From an uncultured virus (IMG/VR IMGVR_UViG_3300042522_000840) (lineage: Duplodnaviria; Heunggongvirae; Uroviricota; Caudoviricetes), in the IMG/VR virus record IMGVR_UViG_3300042522_000840: 64,000 nt of DNA. One strand, written 5' to 3'. The notes beneath the pieces are model-generated. The model saw only the letters and a program-made list of their open reading frames with translations, did no database searches and had not been told where the DNA came from. This document shows, piece after piece, positions 1 to 9,961 of the stretch (position 1 is its first letter; every line of letters begins with the position of its first letter). The position numbers were made by a program, and so were the translations under genes.

Positions 1-680
<680 letters not shown>

Positions 681-693
681 TTTCAATAAAGTT

Positions 694-720
694 AAGGAAC
701 TCTTCGGGGTTCCTTTTTTT
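694..720 (+). terminator. Intrinsic terminator after psbA
   Basis: aaggaactc-ttcg-gggttcctt plus T run. Confidence 0.85.
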
Positions 721-721
721 A

Positions 722-833
722 TATAAATACTAATACCTGTGTGGTTCGCATCTATCAGGTGAAAAGGTGTCTTCGGGCACCTTTTCTAGTATAATGTATT
801 ATAAATATTATTGCGAACCATAACAGAGTAGAA
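722..833 (+). promoter_or_regulatory. Two-late-promoter sRNA/leader cassette, copy 1
   Basis: TATAAATA 722-729, stem-loop 735-760, hairpin 761-786, TATAAATA 800-807, complementary arm 812-826. Confidence 0.75.
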
Positions 834-1496
834 ATGTATTACACTTACGCTTATTTGCGAGAGGATAAAACTCCTTACTATATTGGAAAGGGAAAAGGAA
901 AAAGAATTTATAATAAAACAAATGGTGATATAAGACCACCAAAAGATAAATCTAGAATAATATTTTTGAAGAAAAACTTAACTGAAGAAGAAGCATTCAA
1001 GCACGAAAAGTATATGATTGTGGTATTTGGGAGGAAGGATATAGGAACAGGTGTTCTTCGCAACAGAACTGATGGTGGTGAAGGTGCTTCTGGTGTTTTG
1101 GTAAGTGAAGAGACACGAAAAAAATTAAGTGAAATGAGAGTTGGTGAAAAAAATCCCAACTATGGTAAAGAAATGACTGAAGAACAAAAACAAAAAATAA
1201 GTGAAAAAAGAAAAGGAATGAAATTATCGGAGGAACATAAAGATAAAATAAGACAGAAAATGATGGGAAATACTTGGAATGTTGGTAGAAAACTTTCGGA
1301 TGAAACTAAACAAAAAGTTGGCGAAGCACAAAAAGGTAATCAGAATATGAAAGGTAAAAAATTATCCGATGAAACCAAAATAAAAATGAGTGAAGCACAT
1401 AAAGGCAAAACACCATCAGAAGAAACTAGAAAAAAATTAAGTGAAGCAAAAAAGGGAAATCAAAATTGGAAATATAGAAAACAAAAACACCAATAA
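834..1496 (+). CDS. GIY-YIG-like free-standing homing endonuclease with NUMOD3-type repeats
   Basis: MYYTYAYLREDKTPYYIGKG...R...E..MI...GR..N.TDGGEG followed by repeated SEETRKKLSE motifs. Confidence 0.85.
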   Translation: MYYTYAYLREDKTPYYIGKGKGKRIYNKTNGDIRPPKDKSRIIFLKKNLTEEEAFKHEKYMIVVFGRKDIGTGVLRNRTDGGEGASGVLVSEETRKKLSEMRVGEKNPNYGKEMTEEQKQKISEKRKGMKLSEEHKDKIRQKMMGNTWNVGRKLSDETKQKVGEAQKGNQNMKGKKLSDETKIKMSEAHKGKTPSEETRKKLSEAKKGNQNWKYRKQKHQ

Positions 1497-1497
1497 T

Positions 1498-1617
1498 ATG
1501 AGTCATAATACCCAAAACGAACCTATGCCTAACTGGATAATCTGGGCAGGCATAGGACTTATGATATTCACAATACTTTGCTTTGTCTTACTGACTGTTG
1601 GGATGATTTATGAATGA
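1498..1617 (+). CDS. Small single-TM hypothetical protein (39 aa)
   Basis: Manually translated MSHNTQNEPMPNWIIWAGIGLMIFTILCFVLLTVGMIYE; starts directly after upstream stop. Confidence 0.65.
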   Translation: MSHNTQNEPMPNWIIWAGIGLMIFTILCFVLLTVGMIYE

Positions 1618-1658
1618 TAAAAATATAAAAATATAAATACTTAAAAGGTATTTGTACT

Positions 1659-2069
1659 ATGGACGCACAAGAACTTCGCAATCTTCAAGAAGCATATATG
1701 GAAGTTGTTATTGGTGAAGGAACTAATGATAAAGAATATGATGTTCACGGAAGAAGAAAAAAATTAATGCCAAAAAGAAATCCTGAAAAAGTGGGGCAGG
1801 AAAAACCAACAGTAAGAAAAGCAAAACAAAATCCCTCATTTTTCGGTAATCAAAAATATGGAATGTTAGGTACTACAAATTTTGGTAGTATGTCTGGAAA
1901 AATGACTAAAAGTGAAAGAAATATGAAAAGAACTCAAAAAGAACAAGTAGATATTTACGACATCATTCTTTCACATTTACTTGATGAAGGATATGCCGAA
2001 ACACCAGAAGCAGCAGAAGCAATTATGGTGAATATGAGTGAAGAGTGGAGAGAGAGTATTATTGGTTGA
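1659..2069 (+). CDS. Cyanophage hypothetical protein
   Basis: Late promoter TATAAATA upstream; C-terminal DIILSHLLDEGYAET..AAEAIMVNMSEEW motif seen in cyanomyovirus hypotheticals. Confidence 0.7.
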   Translation: MDAQELRNLQEAYMEVVIGEGTNDKEYDVHGRRKKLMPKRNPEKVGQEKPTVRKAKQNPSFFGNQKYGMLGTTNFGSMSGKMTKSERNMKRTQKEQVDIYDIILSHLLDEGYAETPEAAEAIMVNMSEEWRESIIG

Positions 2070-2091
2070 TTATAATGTGATATAATACGGA

Positions 2092-2117
2092 GGAGACCTG
2101 TGAAGGTCTCTTTTTTT
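2092..2117 (+). terminator. Intrinsic terminator abutting a late promoter
   Basis: ggagacct-gtga-aggtctct plus T run running into TATAAATA. Confidence 0.75.
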
Positions 2118-2153
2118 ATAAATAATAATGTAGTAGAGACAGCAACAGTAAGA

Positions 2154-2732
2154 ATGAAACATAAACATCATATTGTTCCAAGACATATGGGTGGAACTGA
2201 CGACTCATCAAATCTTATTGAACTGACTGTGGAAGAACACGCAGAGGCACACAGAAAGTTGTGGGAGCAATATGGTAATATCAAAGATTATTGTGCTTGG
2301 AAAGGTTTAGAAGGAACTATTGGTAAAGAAGAGATTGTAAGGTTGCTGATGGACCCAACTGGAAGAGTTCATACAGAAGAAACAAAACAAAAAATCAGTC
2401 AATCACATAAAGGTAAGTTGAAGCATACAGAAGAGAGTAAAGAAAAGTTGAGACAGTTTAGAACTGGTATGAAGTTGAGTGAGGAGCATAAGGCAAAAAT
2501 CTCAAAGAGTTTAGAAGGTAATACTCGTATGGTTGGTAAAAAGTTGAGTGAAGAAACAAAACAAAAGTTGAGTGAGGCAGGTAAAGGTAATAAGAATGCT
2601 TCTAAAAATCCAAATATTAGTGAAGAAGAAAGAGAGAGAAGAAGTGAAGCAACAAAAGAGAGATGGAGGAAATATAGAGAGGCAAAGGGACTTGACCCTA
2701 ACAAACCTATTGATAAAAGATACGGTAAGTAG
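2154..2732 (+). CDS. HNH homing endonuclease with NUMOD3-type repeats
   Basis: HKHHIVPRHMGGTDDSSNLIELTVEEHAEAH HNH core plus HTEETKQKIS repeats; ATG 2154 downstream of late promoter. Confidence 0.85.
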   Translation: MKHKHHIVPRHMGGTDDSSNLIELTVEEHAEAHRKLWEQYGNIKDYCAWKGLEGTIGKEEIVRLLMDPTGRVHTEETKQKISQSHKGKLKHTEESKEKLRQFRTGMKLSEEHKAKISKSLEGNTRMVGKKLSEETKQKLSEAGKGNKNASKNPNISEEERERRSEATKERWRKYREAKGLDPNKPIDKRYGK

Positions 2733-2799
2733 AAATCTCTATTGACCTATTTTGTTAAGTATTGTAAACTAAATATGAGAAATACTAAAAGGAGGATTG

Positions 2800-3861
2800 A
2801 TGGTATCTTCATCACTTTCATTGCCAAACCAACAACGAAGTTGGTTTGATTTACTTGATGATTGGTTGAAAAGGGATAGGTTTGTGTTTATTGGATGGAG
2901 TGGTTTACTTTTTATGCCTTGTGCTTACCTAGCATTAGGTGGATGGTTTACTGGAATTACATTCGTCACGAGTTTTTATACACACGGTTTAGCATCCTCA
3001 TTTCTAGAAGGTTGTAATGCGTTGACCGCTGCGGTAAGCACCCCAGCAGATGCTATGGGTCATTCTCTTCTTCTGCTCTGGGGTCCTGAGGCTCAAGGGG
3101 ATATCGTCAGGTGGTTCCAACTTGGAGGGCTTTGGACCTTTGTTGCTCTCCACGGTGCATTTTCCCTAATAGGGTTTATGCTTCGTCAGTTTGAGATTGC
3201 TCGCCTGGTGGGCATCCGTCCTTATAATGCTATTGCTTTTTCTGGTCCTATTGCTGTATTTGTTTCAGTGTTCTTGATGTATCCACTGGGTCAATCCAGT
3301 TGGTTCTTTGCACCATCCTTTGGTGTTGCCGCAATCTTCAGGTTCCTACTGTTTCTTCAGGGTTTCCATAACTGGACCCTTAACCCCTTCCATATGATGG
3401 GAGTTGCTGGTATACTGGGAGGAGCACTACTCTGTGCAATTCATGGAGCAACTGTAGAAAACACTCTATTTGAAGACAGTGGGCAAGCAAATACATTCAA
3501 AGCATTTGAACCTACGCAAGAGGAAGAGACTTACTCAATGGTTACTGCTAACAGATTCTGGTCGCAAATTTTTGGTATTGCTTTCAGTAATAAGCGTTGG
3601 CTTCATTTCTTCATGCTTTTCGTTCCCGTTATGGGTCTCTGGACTTCTTCTATCGGTATTATTGGTCTTGCTCTTAACCTTAGAGCTTACGACTTTGTAA
3701 GTCAGGAGATTCGTGCCGCTGAAGATCCAAGTTACGAAACTTTCTATACAAAGAACGTGCTTTTAAACGAAGGCTTACGTGCTTGGATGGCACCTGTTGA
3801 CCAACCACACGAAAATTTTGTGCTGCCAGAGGAAGTATTGCCCCGGGGAAACGCCTTGTGA
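2800..3861 (+). CDS. psbD: Photosystem II D2 protein
   Basis: [21 protein letters not shown]...[16 protein letters not shown]...[18 protein letters not shown]. Confidence 0.99.
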   Translation: MVSSSLSLPNQQRSWFDLLDDWLKRDRFVFIGWSGLLFMPCAYLALGGWFTGITFVTSFYTHGLASSFLEGCNALTAAVSTPADAMGHSLLLLWGPEAQGDIVRWFQLGGLWTFVALHGAFSLIGFMLRQFEIARLVGIRPYNAIAFSGPIAVFVSVFLMYPLGQSSWFFAPSFGVAAIFRFLLFLQGFHNWTLNPFHMMGVAGILGGALLCAIHGATVENTLFEDSGQANTFKAFEPTQEEETYSMVTANRFWSQIFGIAFSNKRWLHFFMLFVPVMGLWTSSIGIIGLALNLRAYDFVSQEIRAAEDPSYETFYTKNVLLNEGLRAWMAPVDQPHENFVLPEEVLPRGNAL

Positions 3862-3890
3862 TTAAAATATAATACCCTGCGGAAACGCAC

Positions 3891-3912
3891 AAGACCCTTC
3901 GGGGTCTTTTTT
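3891..3912 (+). terminator. Intrinsic terminator after psbD
   Basis: aagaccc-ttcg-gggtctt plus T run. Confidence 0.85.
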
Positions 3913-3974
3913 ATGTTATAATACCTTCGTTGAGATAAATATTTTTATAAATAATAATAGTAAATGAAGGTATT

Positions 3975-4538
3975 ATGAAACACGGACCAAAAGAGAGTTT
4001 AGTAGGTAAAACATATGGAAGATTAACTATTCTACGAGAATATCAATCTTCCTGTAAAAAATATGTTGCTTGTGAGTGCTCTTGTTCTTGTGGCGGCAGA
4101 ACTACAAAAACTAGAAGACATGACATAGTTTCTGGAAAAATACAATCTTGTGGATGTATTCGCAAAGAGAGATCGATAGAATTTAATAAATCAAGATTTG
4201 ACCCCAACGCAATATCAAAAACAACTGAATATAAGATGTATGCAAGGGCAAAGAGTAGGGCAAAGAAAAACAATCTGCCCTTCAATATTGAACTTGATGA
4301 TATTATTATTCCAGAAAGATGTCCATTGCTTGGTATAGAAATTGAAAGCACGGAAGTTAGAAACTCTCCAAACAATCCTTCACTAGATAAAATTATTCCA
4401 GAAAAAGGATACATAAAAGGTAATGTGTGGGTCATAAGCAATAGAGCAAACACTCTAAAAAACGATGCTTCCCTACAAGAACTTCAAATATTAGTAGAAA
4501 ATCTTAAATCTTATTCACAAAAAGGAAACCCATTATGA
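3975..4538 (+). CDS. Putative His-Me finger (HNH-like) homing endonuclease
   Basis: N-terminal GRLTI..C.CSCG...SCGC module; C-terminal CPLLG..SLDKIIPEKGYIKGNVWVISNRANTLKN. Confidence 0.75.
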   Translation: MKHGPKESLVGKTYGRLTILREYQSSCKKYVACECSCSCGGRTTKTRRHDIVSGKIQSCGCIRKERSIEFNKSRFDPNAISKTTEYKMYARAKSRAKKNNLPFNIELDDIIIPERCPLLGIEIESTEVRNSPNNPSLDKIIPEKGYIKGNVWVISNRANTLKNDASLQELQILVENLKSYSQKGNPL

Positions 4539-4669
4539 CCACACAGTATATTCTATACTTGGTTCTGTTCGTATTTGCCTTAATCGTTATTCTCAATGAG
4601 GATCACGATAATGATGATGATCAAGATGGTGGTATTTTACAACCCGTCTATTCACAAGGACAAACTTAA
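4535..4669 (+). CDS. Small membrane protein (44 aa) with acidic tail
   Basis: MTTQYILYLVLFVFALIVILNEDHDNDDDQDGGILQPVYSQGQT; ATGA overlap with upstream gene. Confidence 0.65.
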   Translation: MTTQYILYLVLFVFALIVILNEDHDNDDDQDGGILQPVYSQGQT

Positions 4670-4680
4670 AAATAAATAAT

Positions 4681-4706
4681 GGAGTTCCATAAGAACTCCT
4701 TTTTTT
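4681..4706 (+). terminator. Intrinsic terminator
   Basis: ggagttc-cataa-gaactcc plus T run. Confidence 0.75.
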
Positions 4707-4809
4707 ATGGCTTTTCTTCTAATCCTTCTTCTCTTTCAACTCTTTGGTGTTATTATGTTTATATTATCCGTAGCACAAGACCTATAATATCTTCAATTCA
4801 TAACAAAAT

Positions 4810-4838
4810 CTGACACACTAATAAGAACTCAGTATAAT
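4810..4838 (+). promoter_or_regulatory. Sigma70-type early promoter for talC-gnd
   Basis: CTGACA-17 nt-TATAAT. Confidence 0.65.
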
Positions 4839-4861
4839 TACTTATGAGTTCTTACTTTTAT

Positions 4862-5527
4862 ATGAAGATCTTTTTAGACACAGCAGATGTTTCAATGATT
4901 AGTCCAGCATATGAGACTGGACTATTAGATGGAGTTACTACAAATCCAACTTTAATTCTTAAGAGTGGTAGGCAACTTCAAGAAGTTATTGAGGAAATAT
5001 CAAATTCTTTTTCAAACCTAGAAAGCATTTCTGCTGAGGTGGTTGCAGATACTGTCGAAGAAATGCTTTCACAGGCACAACAATTTTATTCAATTGCCCC
5101 TGCAGTTACCATTAAAGTTCCTTGTACTGTAGAAGGACTTAAGACTTGTAAGTTTCTTTCTGATAAAGGAATTCAAGTTAATGTAACTCTTGTGTTCTCA
5201 GTCGCTCAGGCAATTCTTGCATCTAAAGCAGGAGCAACATTCATCTCACCTTTCGTTGGTCGTTGGATGGACAATTCTGTAGATGGAATTGAACTTATCA
5301 AAAACATTCGTAAGGCATTTGATTACTCAGGAACATCCACACAAATTCTTGCAGCATCTCTTCGTGATGTAAGACAGGTAGAACAATCTGCTCTTTGTGG
5401 TGCTGATGTAGTTACAATTCCTCCAGTTGTATTCTGGGCAATGTATAAGAACATTATGACTGATAAAGGTTTAGAACTCTTTCAGAAGGATTGGGAATCT
5501 GTTCTAGATAAGAAAGATGAAATCTGA
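4862..5527 (+). CDS. talC: Transaldolase (TalC/FSA family)
   Basis: MKIFLDTAD...GVTTNPTLI...IKVP...NVTLVFS...SPFVGR...ILAASLR. Confidence 0.97.
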   Translation: MKIFLDTADVSMISPAYETGLLDGVTTNPTLILKSGRQLQEVIEEISNSFSNLESISAEVVADTVEEMLSQAQQFYSIAPAVTIKVPCTVEGLKTCKFLSDKGIQVNVTLVFSVAQAILASKAGATFISPFVGRWMDNSVDGIELIKNIRKAFDYSGTSTQILAASLRDVRQVEQSALCGADVVTIPPVVFWAMYKNIMTDKGLELFQKDWESVLDKKDEI

Positions 5528-5723
5528 AGAACAGTGTTGGCATTTTGTGATGTCATCATTTTCTAGATTGTATGGTGTTAAGAGAGTTATAAGTGAAGAA
5601 AAGTTTCATGAGATTGCACTGCAATGGTGTGATGATCATAATTATGTTTGTGATATTCACTTGGATAGTTTAACAAAAGTGGATATGTATTTTAGAAAAA
5701 TTTACGAGGATTGGGAAAAATGA
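5517..5723 (+). CDS. Hypothetical protein
   Basis: 68-aa ORF overlapping talC stop and gnd start. Confidence 0.6.
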   Translation: MKSEEQCWHFVMSSFSRLYGVKRVISEEKFHEIALQWCDDHNYVCDIHLDSLTKVDMYFRKIYEDWEK

Positions 5724-6763
5724 GAGTAGGATTAATTGGTTTAGGGAGAATGGGGGAAGGTATGTCTCGCCGAATGATGAAGGCGGGTATAGAAGTTTGG
5801 GGTTATCGTAGGAACTATGAAAAGGCGCAAGAAGCATACGAAAACGGATATGTTAATGGTGTTACAACTTCTATACAAAGCCTTGCTCAAGTAGTAAAAC
5901 ATACTCAGAGTGGAGTATCAGACAAATACGGACCAGGCATCTTCATGATGGTAGTTCCTGCCGAAACAGTAGAGGAGACGATTAATGAGTTACTACGATA
6001 TTGTGGTGAAGGAGATATTATTATTGATCATGGCAATAGCAATTTTAAGGACAGTCGGAAACGGGCAGAACGACTTGCAAAGCAGGGCATCCAGTATATT
6101 GATTGCGGCACTAGTGGTGGTGTTTACGGTTTGGATCGTGGATACTGTCTTATGGTTGGAGGTGGAGATACTGCAGTCGCCACTTGTTCGCGCATTTTTA
6201 ATGCACTCTCCCCAGGAATTGACGCTGCCCCCAGGACTCAATTTGACTCGGACATAACTTCTGCGGAACATGGTTGGCTTCATTGTGGTGGTCCAGGTGC
6301 AGGACACTTTGTAAAGATGGTGCATAATGGTATTGAGTATGGTATTATGCAGGCATACGCAGAAGGATTTAACATTATTAAGAACGCTAATGCAGGTGCT
6401 CAGTATGTTAGAGAAGGTGACGCAGAGGTTGCCCCAATGGCAGATCCAGAATCCTATTGCTATGATATTGACGTTGCTGAGGTTGCTGAGTTATGGCGTC
6501 GTGGTAGCGTGGTTGGGTCTTGGTTACTCGATCTTACTGCTGATGTGTTACGCAGGGATGGTAGCCTTAAACAGTTCTCTGGAGGTGTATCCGACAGCGG
6601 TGAGGGTCGTTGGACTGTTTCTGCCGCTGTGGATCTGGGGGTTCCCGCTCCTGTCATTACTACTGCCTTATTTGAAAGATTTAACTCACGCAATCTCGGA
6701 TCGTTCGGAGCAAAAATCTTGAACGGAATGAGGTTTATGTTTGGAGGACACCGCGTTAGATAA
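5720..6763 (+). CDS. gnd: 6-phosphogluconate dehydrogenase (short form)
   Basis: GLIGLGRMG Rossmann motif, DCGTSGG, GAGHFVKMVHNGIEYG, DSGEGRW. Confidence 0.97.
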   Translation: MRVGLIGLGRMGEGMSRRMMKAGIEVWGYRRNYEKAQEAYENGYVNGVTTSIQSLAQVVKHTQSGVSDKYGPGIFMMVVPAETVEETINELLRYCGEGDIIIDHGNSNFKDSRKRAERLAKQGIQYIDCGTSGGVYGLDRGYCLMVGGGDTAVATCSRIFNALSPGIDAAPRTQFDSDITSAEHGWLHCGGPGAGHFVKMVHNGIEYGIMQAYAEGFNIIKNANAGAQYVREGDAEVAPMADPESYCYDIDVAEVAELWRRGSVVGSWLLDLTADVLRRDGSLKQFSGGVSDSGEGRWTVSAAVDLGVPAPVITTALFERFNSRNLGSFGAKILNGMRFMFGGHRVR

Positions 6764-6764
6764 A

Positions 6765-6905
6765 ATGATCACTTCAGAAACTTCTTATAAACTCGCAGAA
6801 ATTATTAGAGATACTTGGCCAGGTCTTTACAGAAAACCAGAACCATCCTATAATGTGGAAAAGCAATTAAATGATGAACGAATACTGGATCGTAACGGAA
6901 AATAA
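6765..6905 (+). CDS. Small hypothetical protein (46 aa)
   Basis: Manually translated MITSETSYKLAEIIRDTWPGLYRKPE... Confidence 0.55.
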   Translation: MITSETSYKLAEIIRDTWPGLYRKPEPSYNVEKQLNDERILDRNGK

Positions 6906-7125
6906 GACAGGAAGGATTATCGCTCATTGTGGAGACATTAATGATGCGATTATGATGGTTGCGTTTGAACCCGATAAAAGATCTTATAGTCGTCAACGAT
7001 TTATTCTGGATCAGGTGATTGATATTTCTTCAACCACTGATAAACAACTACCAGGTCAAATTGGATTACCTGCAGTACAAGACTTATGCATTCCACAAGG
7101 TCAAGGAGAACCTGTGGTTGTATGA
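6871..7125 (+). CDS. Hypothetical protein
   Basis: 84-aa ORF in co-directional gene run. Confidence 0.6.
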   Translation: MMNEYWIVTENKTGRIIAHCGDINDAIMMVAFEPDKRSYSRQRFILDQVIDISSTTDKQLPGQIGLPAVQDLCIPQGQGEPVVV

Positions 7126-7313
7126 ACCACCGTAAATATAAACAATTAGAGAATCTTAAAAAGAAAAAAATGTATACACCTGAGGGTTATCTTAAAGATC
7201 CCCCAGATGAAAAATGTCCATACTGTGGGGAATCTAAAAAATCTTGCTCTTATGTGAATAGTCTAAGTCGTGCTTGGGCAAGGAGTGCTTGTAAGAAGAA
7301 GCACAATAAATAA
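7122..7313 (+). CDS. Small Cys-rich (zinc-finger-like) protein
   Basis: CPYCG...CSY...AC. Confidence 0.55.
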   Translation: MNHRKYKQLENLKKKKMYTPEGYLKDPPDEKCPYCGESKKSCSYVNSLSRAWARSACKKKHNK

Positions 7314-7332
7314 ATGTAAGTCGCAGTAACTT

Positions 7333-7704
7333 ATGGGACCTCTACATTCTCCAAAAGAATACTTGTTTAATTTACATACAACAAGTTCTGGGGAGGCAAA
7401 ACGAATGTGGAGGCAAAACATAAAAGAGGAATGGGGACATCAATGTGCCTATTGTGGATCGGAAGAGAATCTCACAATCGACCATGTGATTCCACAATGT
7501 AAAGGTGGATTAGATGTTACAAAAAACGTAGTATGCTGCTGCCACGATTGTAACCAGTCAAAGGGTCATGAGCACTGGAAACTATGGTATGTTCAACAAG
7601 ATTTTTATAGTGAAGAAAGATTTGATAAGATAGAGGAATGGATGAAACCAGATCCTCCAACAAATCTTTATGCTTATCGCCCAAGACGTAATAATGTTAC
7701 TTGA
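7333..7704 (+). CDS. HNH endonuclease
   Basis: CAYCG...LTIDHVIPQCKGG...NVVCCCHDCNQSKG. Confidence 0.9.
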   Translation: MGPLHSPKEYLFNLHTTSSGEAKRMWRQNIKEEWGHQCAYCGSEENLTIDHVIPQCKGGLDVTKNVVCCCHDCNQSKGHEHWKLWYVQQDFYSEERFDKIEEWMKPDPPTNLYAYRPRRNNVT

Positions 7705-7760
7705 ATAAATAAATCAAAGGCAGTAAATACTGTTTTTGTGGTATATACCGAATGTAATAA

Positions 7761-9614
7761 ATGTCAACTCCGATCAGGATTAAACGCTCTGCTGTTCCTG
7801 GTAAAAGACCTACAGTAGATCAATTATTAAATGCAGAATTAGCCTACAACACTTATGATGGTGAGCTGACTGCGAAAAGAGAACGTCCTGGAATCGGCAC
7901 AGATATTATTCGCATCGGTGCAGGAGCAACAGTTACAAATGTCATCTATGTCACAAGAGACGGAAACGATACAAACACAGGACTCAAACTCGGAGACGCA
8001 AAAGCAACCATTGCAGGAGCAGTTGCAATCTCAACAGCAGGTTCCGTTATTAGAGTTAGTGCTGGATCTTATGTAGAAAATAATCCAATTGATATTCCCA
8101 ATCAAGTTAGTATTGTTGGTGATAGTTTAAGAGAGGTTTCAGTTACTCCACAGAATCAAGGAGACCTTTTTTATGTTGGGAATGGAAATTATATTGCCGA
8201 AATGTCATTTGTAGGATCTGCAAACACTGGCGCTATTTTTGCATTCAATCCCAACAAACCAGTTTTTAATAATCAGTCACCTTATATTCAAAACTGTACA
8301 AACTTTATTCCAAACAGTATTGGAATGAAGATTGATGGTAGATATTCTATTGGACCAACCAAGTCAATGGTTCTTGACTCATATACACAATACAATCAGG
8401 GTGGTATTGGAGTTTCAATTACTAATGAAGGATATGCTCAGTTAGTTTCACTTTTCACAATTTGCCCAGACACTGCAGTCTTCTGTGGAACTGGTGCTGC
8501 TTGTGATCTAACAAACTCTAATGCATCATTTGGTAACTATGGTCTTGTTGCTGATGGTGTTGGTCCCAGAAAATATACAGGAATTATAACTCAAGCAGCA
8601 GAAGCAAATAGTGATGTATTTACTTTAAACTTAAATGTACCAACTTATAATGTATCAAATGCTGTTTATGATAACGTAAGTGGTGTTACGACAATCACTA
8701 CTTCTGCAAATCATAACTTTTCTGTTGGTATGGGAGTCACGATTGCTGGACTTGGATTTACTTGTCCATCTGGACCAGGAATTGTTACATATCCAAGTGG
8801 CAATTATGGTTATGTGTTTGAGGTTCAGTCAGTTCCTGCAGCAAATCAACTGGTGGTCAACGTTGGTCCTTCAACGTTGCCTCATACTTATGTTTCTGGA
8901 GGAACTGTAAAGATCAATGTTGTAAGACCTTTTGATGGTCAGGTTGTTTACTTTGATGACTTATATTATACAGTTAATAAAATTAGAGTTAGTGCTGGTG
9001 GAACTGGGTATAATTCAAGTCCAGTTGTTACAATTTCTGCACCTTCAACTGATTGGGGAGTTCAGGCAACAGCAGTCGCAGAAGTTTCAAATGGTTCTGT
9101 AACTGGAATTGAAATTGTCTCAAGTGGAAGAGGTTATGCGACGACACCAACAGTTACAATTGCTGGTCCTGATGTGGGAATAAATACATCAACAGCAACT
9201 TTAGAATTACTTCCAACATATTATTCTGTCATAAGTTCAACTCCAGTTTCTTCTGGTATTTGTACAATTACTGTGAGTGATAATGTTCCTTATGCAGTTG
9301 GTGTTGGTTCGACTGTTCCATTTTTTAAGCAAAGTAGAGTATTAGCATCAGGGCATTCTTTTGAATATATTGGTTCTGGTACAAATATTAATAATGCTCT
9401 TCCTGCTCAAGGTGGTGTTCCAATTCAAGATAATGAAGTTGATATGAGAAATGGTGGTCTTGTAGTTTTCACAAGCACGGACCAATCAGGAAACTTTAGA
9501 ATCGGTGATGGTGTAGTTGTTAATCAAACTACAGGAACAATTTCTGGAACATTTTATTCGAAGAGTTTATTCTCTACAATGACACCATTCATTCTAGCAC
9601 TAGGAGGAGAATAA
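7761..9614 (+). CDS. Virion structural / tail-associated protein
   Basis: IRIKRS..GKRP N-terminus, beta-helix-like region, GGTGY repeats, SGHSFEYIGSG motif similar to that in 57332..62614. Confidence 0.7.
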   Translation: MSTPIRIKRSAVPGKRPTVDQLLNAELAYNTYDGELTAKRERPGIGTDIIRIGAGATVTNVIYVTRDGNDTNTGLKLGDAKATIAGAVAISTAGSVIRVSAGSYVENNPIDIPNQVSIVGDSLREVSVTPQNQGDLFYVGNGNYIAEMSFVGSANTGAIFAFNPNKPVFNNQSPYIQNCTNFIPNSIGMKIDGRYSIGPTKSMVLDSYTQYNQGGIGVSITNEGYAQLVSLFTICPDTAVFCGTGAACDLTNSNASFGNYGLVADGVGPRKYTGIITQAAEANSDVFTLNLNVPTYNVSNAVYDNVSGVTTITTSANHNFSVGMGVTIAGLGFTCPSGPGIVTYPSGNYGYVFEVQSVPAANQLVVNVGPSTLPHTYVSGGTVKINVVRPFDGQVVYFDDLYYTVNKIRVSAGGTGYNSSPVVTISAPSTDWGVQATAVAEVSNGSVTGIEIVSSGRGYATTPTVTIAGPDVGINTSTATLELLPTYYSVISSTPVSSGICTITVSDNVPYAVGVGSTVPFFKQSRVLASGHSFEYIGSGTNINNALPAQGGVPIQDNEVDMRNGGLVVFTSTDQSGNFRIGDGVVVNQTTGTISGTFYSKSLFSTMTPFILALGGE

Positions 9615-9618
9615 TAGA

Positions 9619-9960
9619 ATGGCACTAGCACTTAATGTATTTAAAACAGTCACCAAAGTAGCAACAACAAATGCTGTAGGGATTTATACTGCTCCTGTAG
9701 GATATACTGGCGTAGTTCTTTTAGCGCAGGCAACAAATATTGGTAGTGGAACTCAAACAGTTTCTTTTTCACATCAAAGAACAACTGCAGGAATTGCAGT
9801 TACGACTGAAATTTTGAAAGATTTTCCAATTTCTGCAAGTGATAGTGCAAATCTTCTTTCGGGTAAATTGGTTCTTGAATCTGGTGATGTTCTTGTTTTA
9901 TCTGCAAGTAGTGGAACTGATATTAAATTTTTAGGAAGCATTCTAGAGACACTCAACTAA
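9619..9960 (+). CDS. Small structural protein
   Basis: IYTAP...KLVLESGD motif typical of cyanophage tail-associated small proteins. Confidence 0.65.
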   Translation: MALALNVFKTVTKVATTNAVGIYTAPVGYTGVVLLAQATNIGSGTQTVSFSHQRTTAGIAVTTEILKDFPISASDSANLLSGKLVLESGDVLVLSASSGTDIKFLGSILETLN

Positions 9961-9961
9961 A

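Noticed and set aside
2070..2153. Fourth copy of the sRNA cassette before the HNH-NUMOD3 gene
   Set aside because: Only a terminator and one late promoter; no upstream stem-loop complementary to the leader
4707..4787. 26-aa hydrophobic ORF
   Set aside because: Starts within a terminator T-run with no RBS; too short to support
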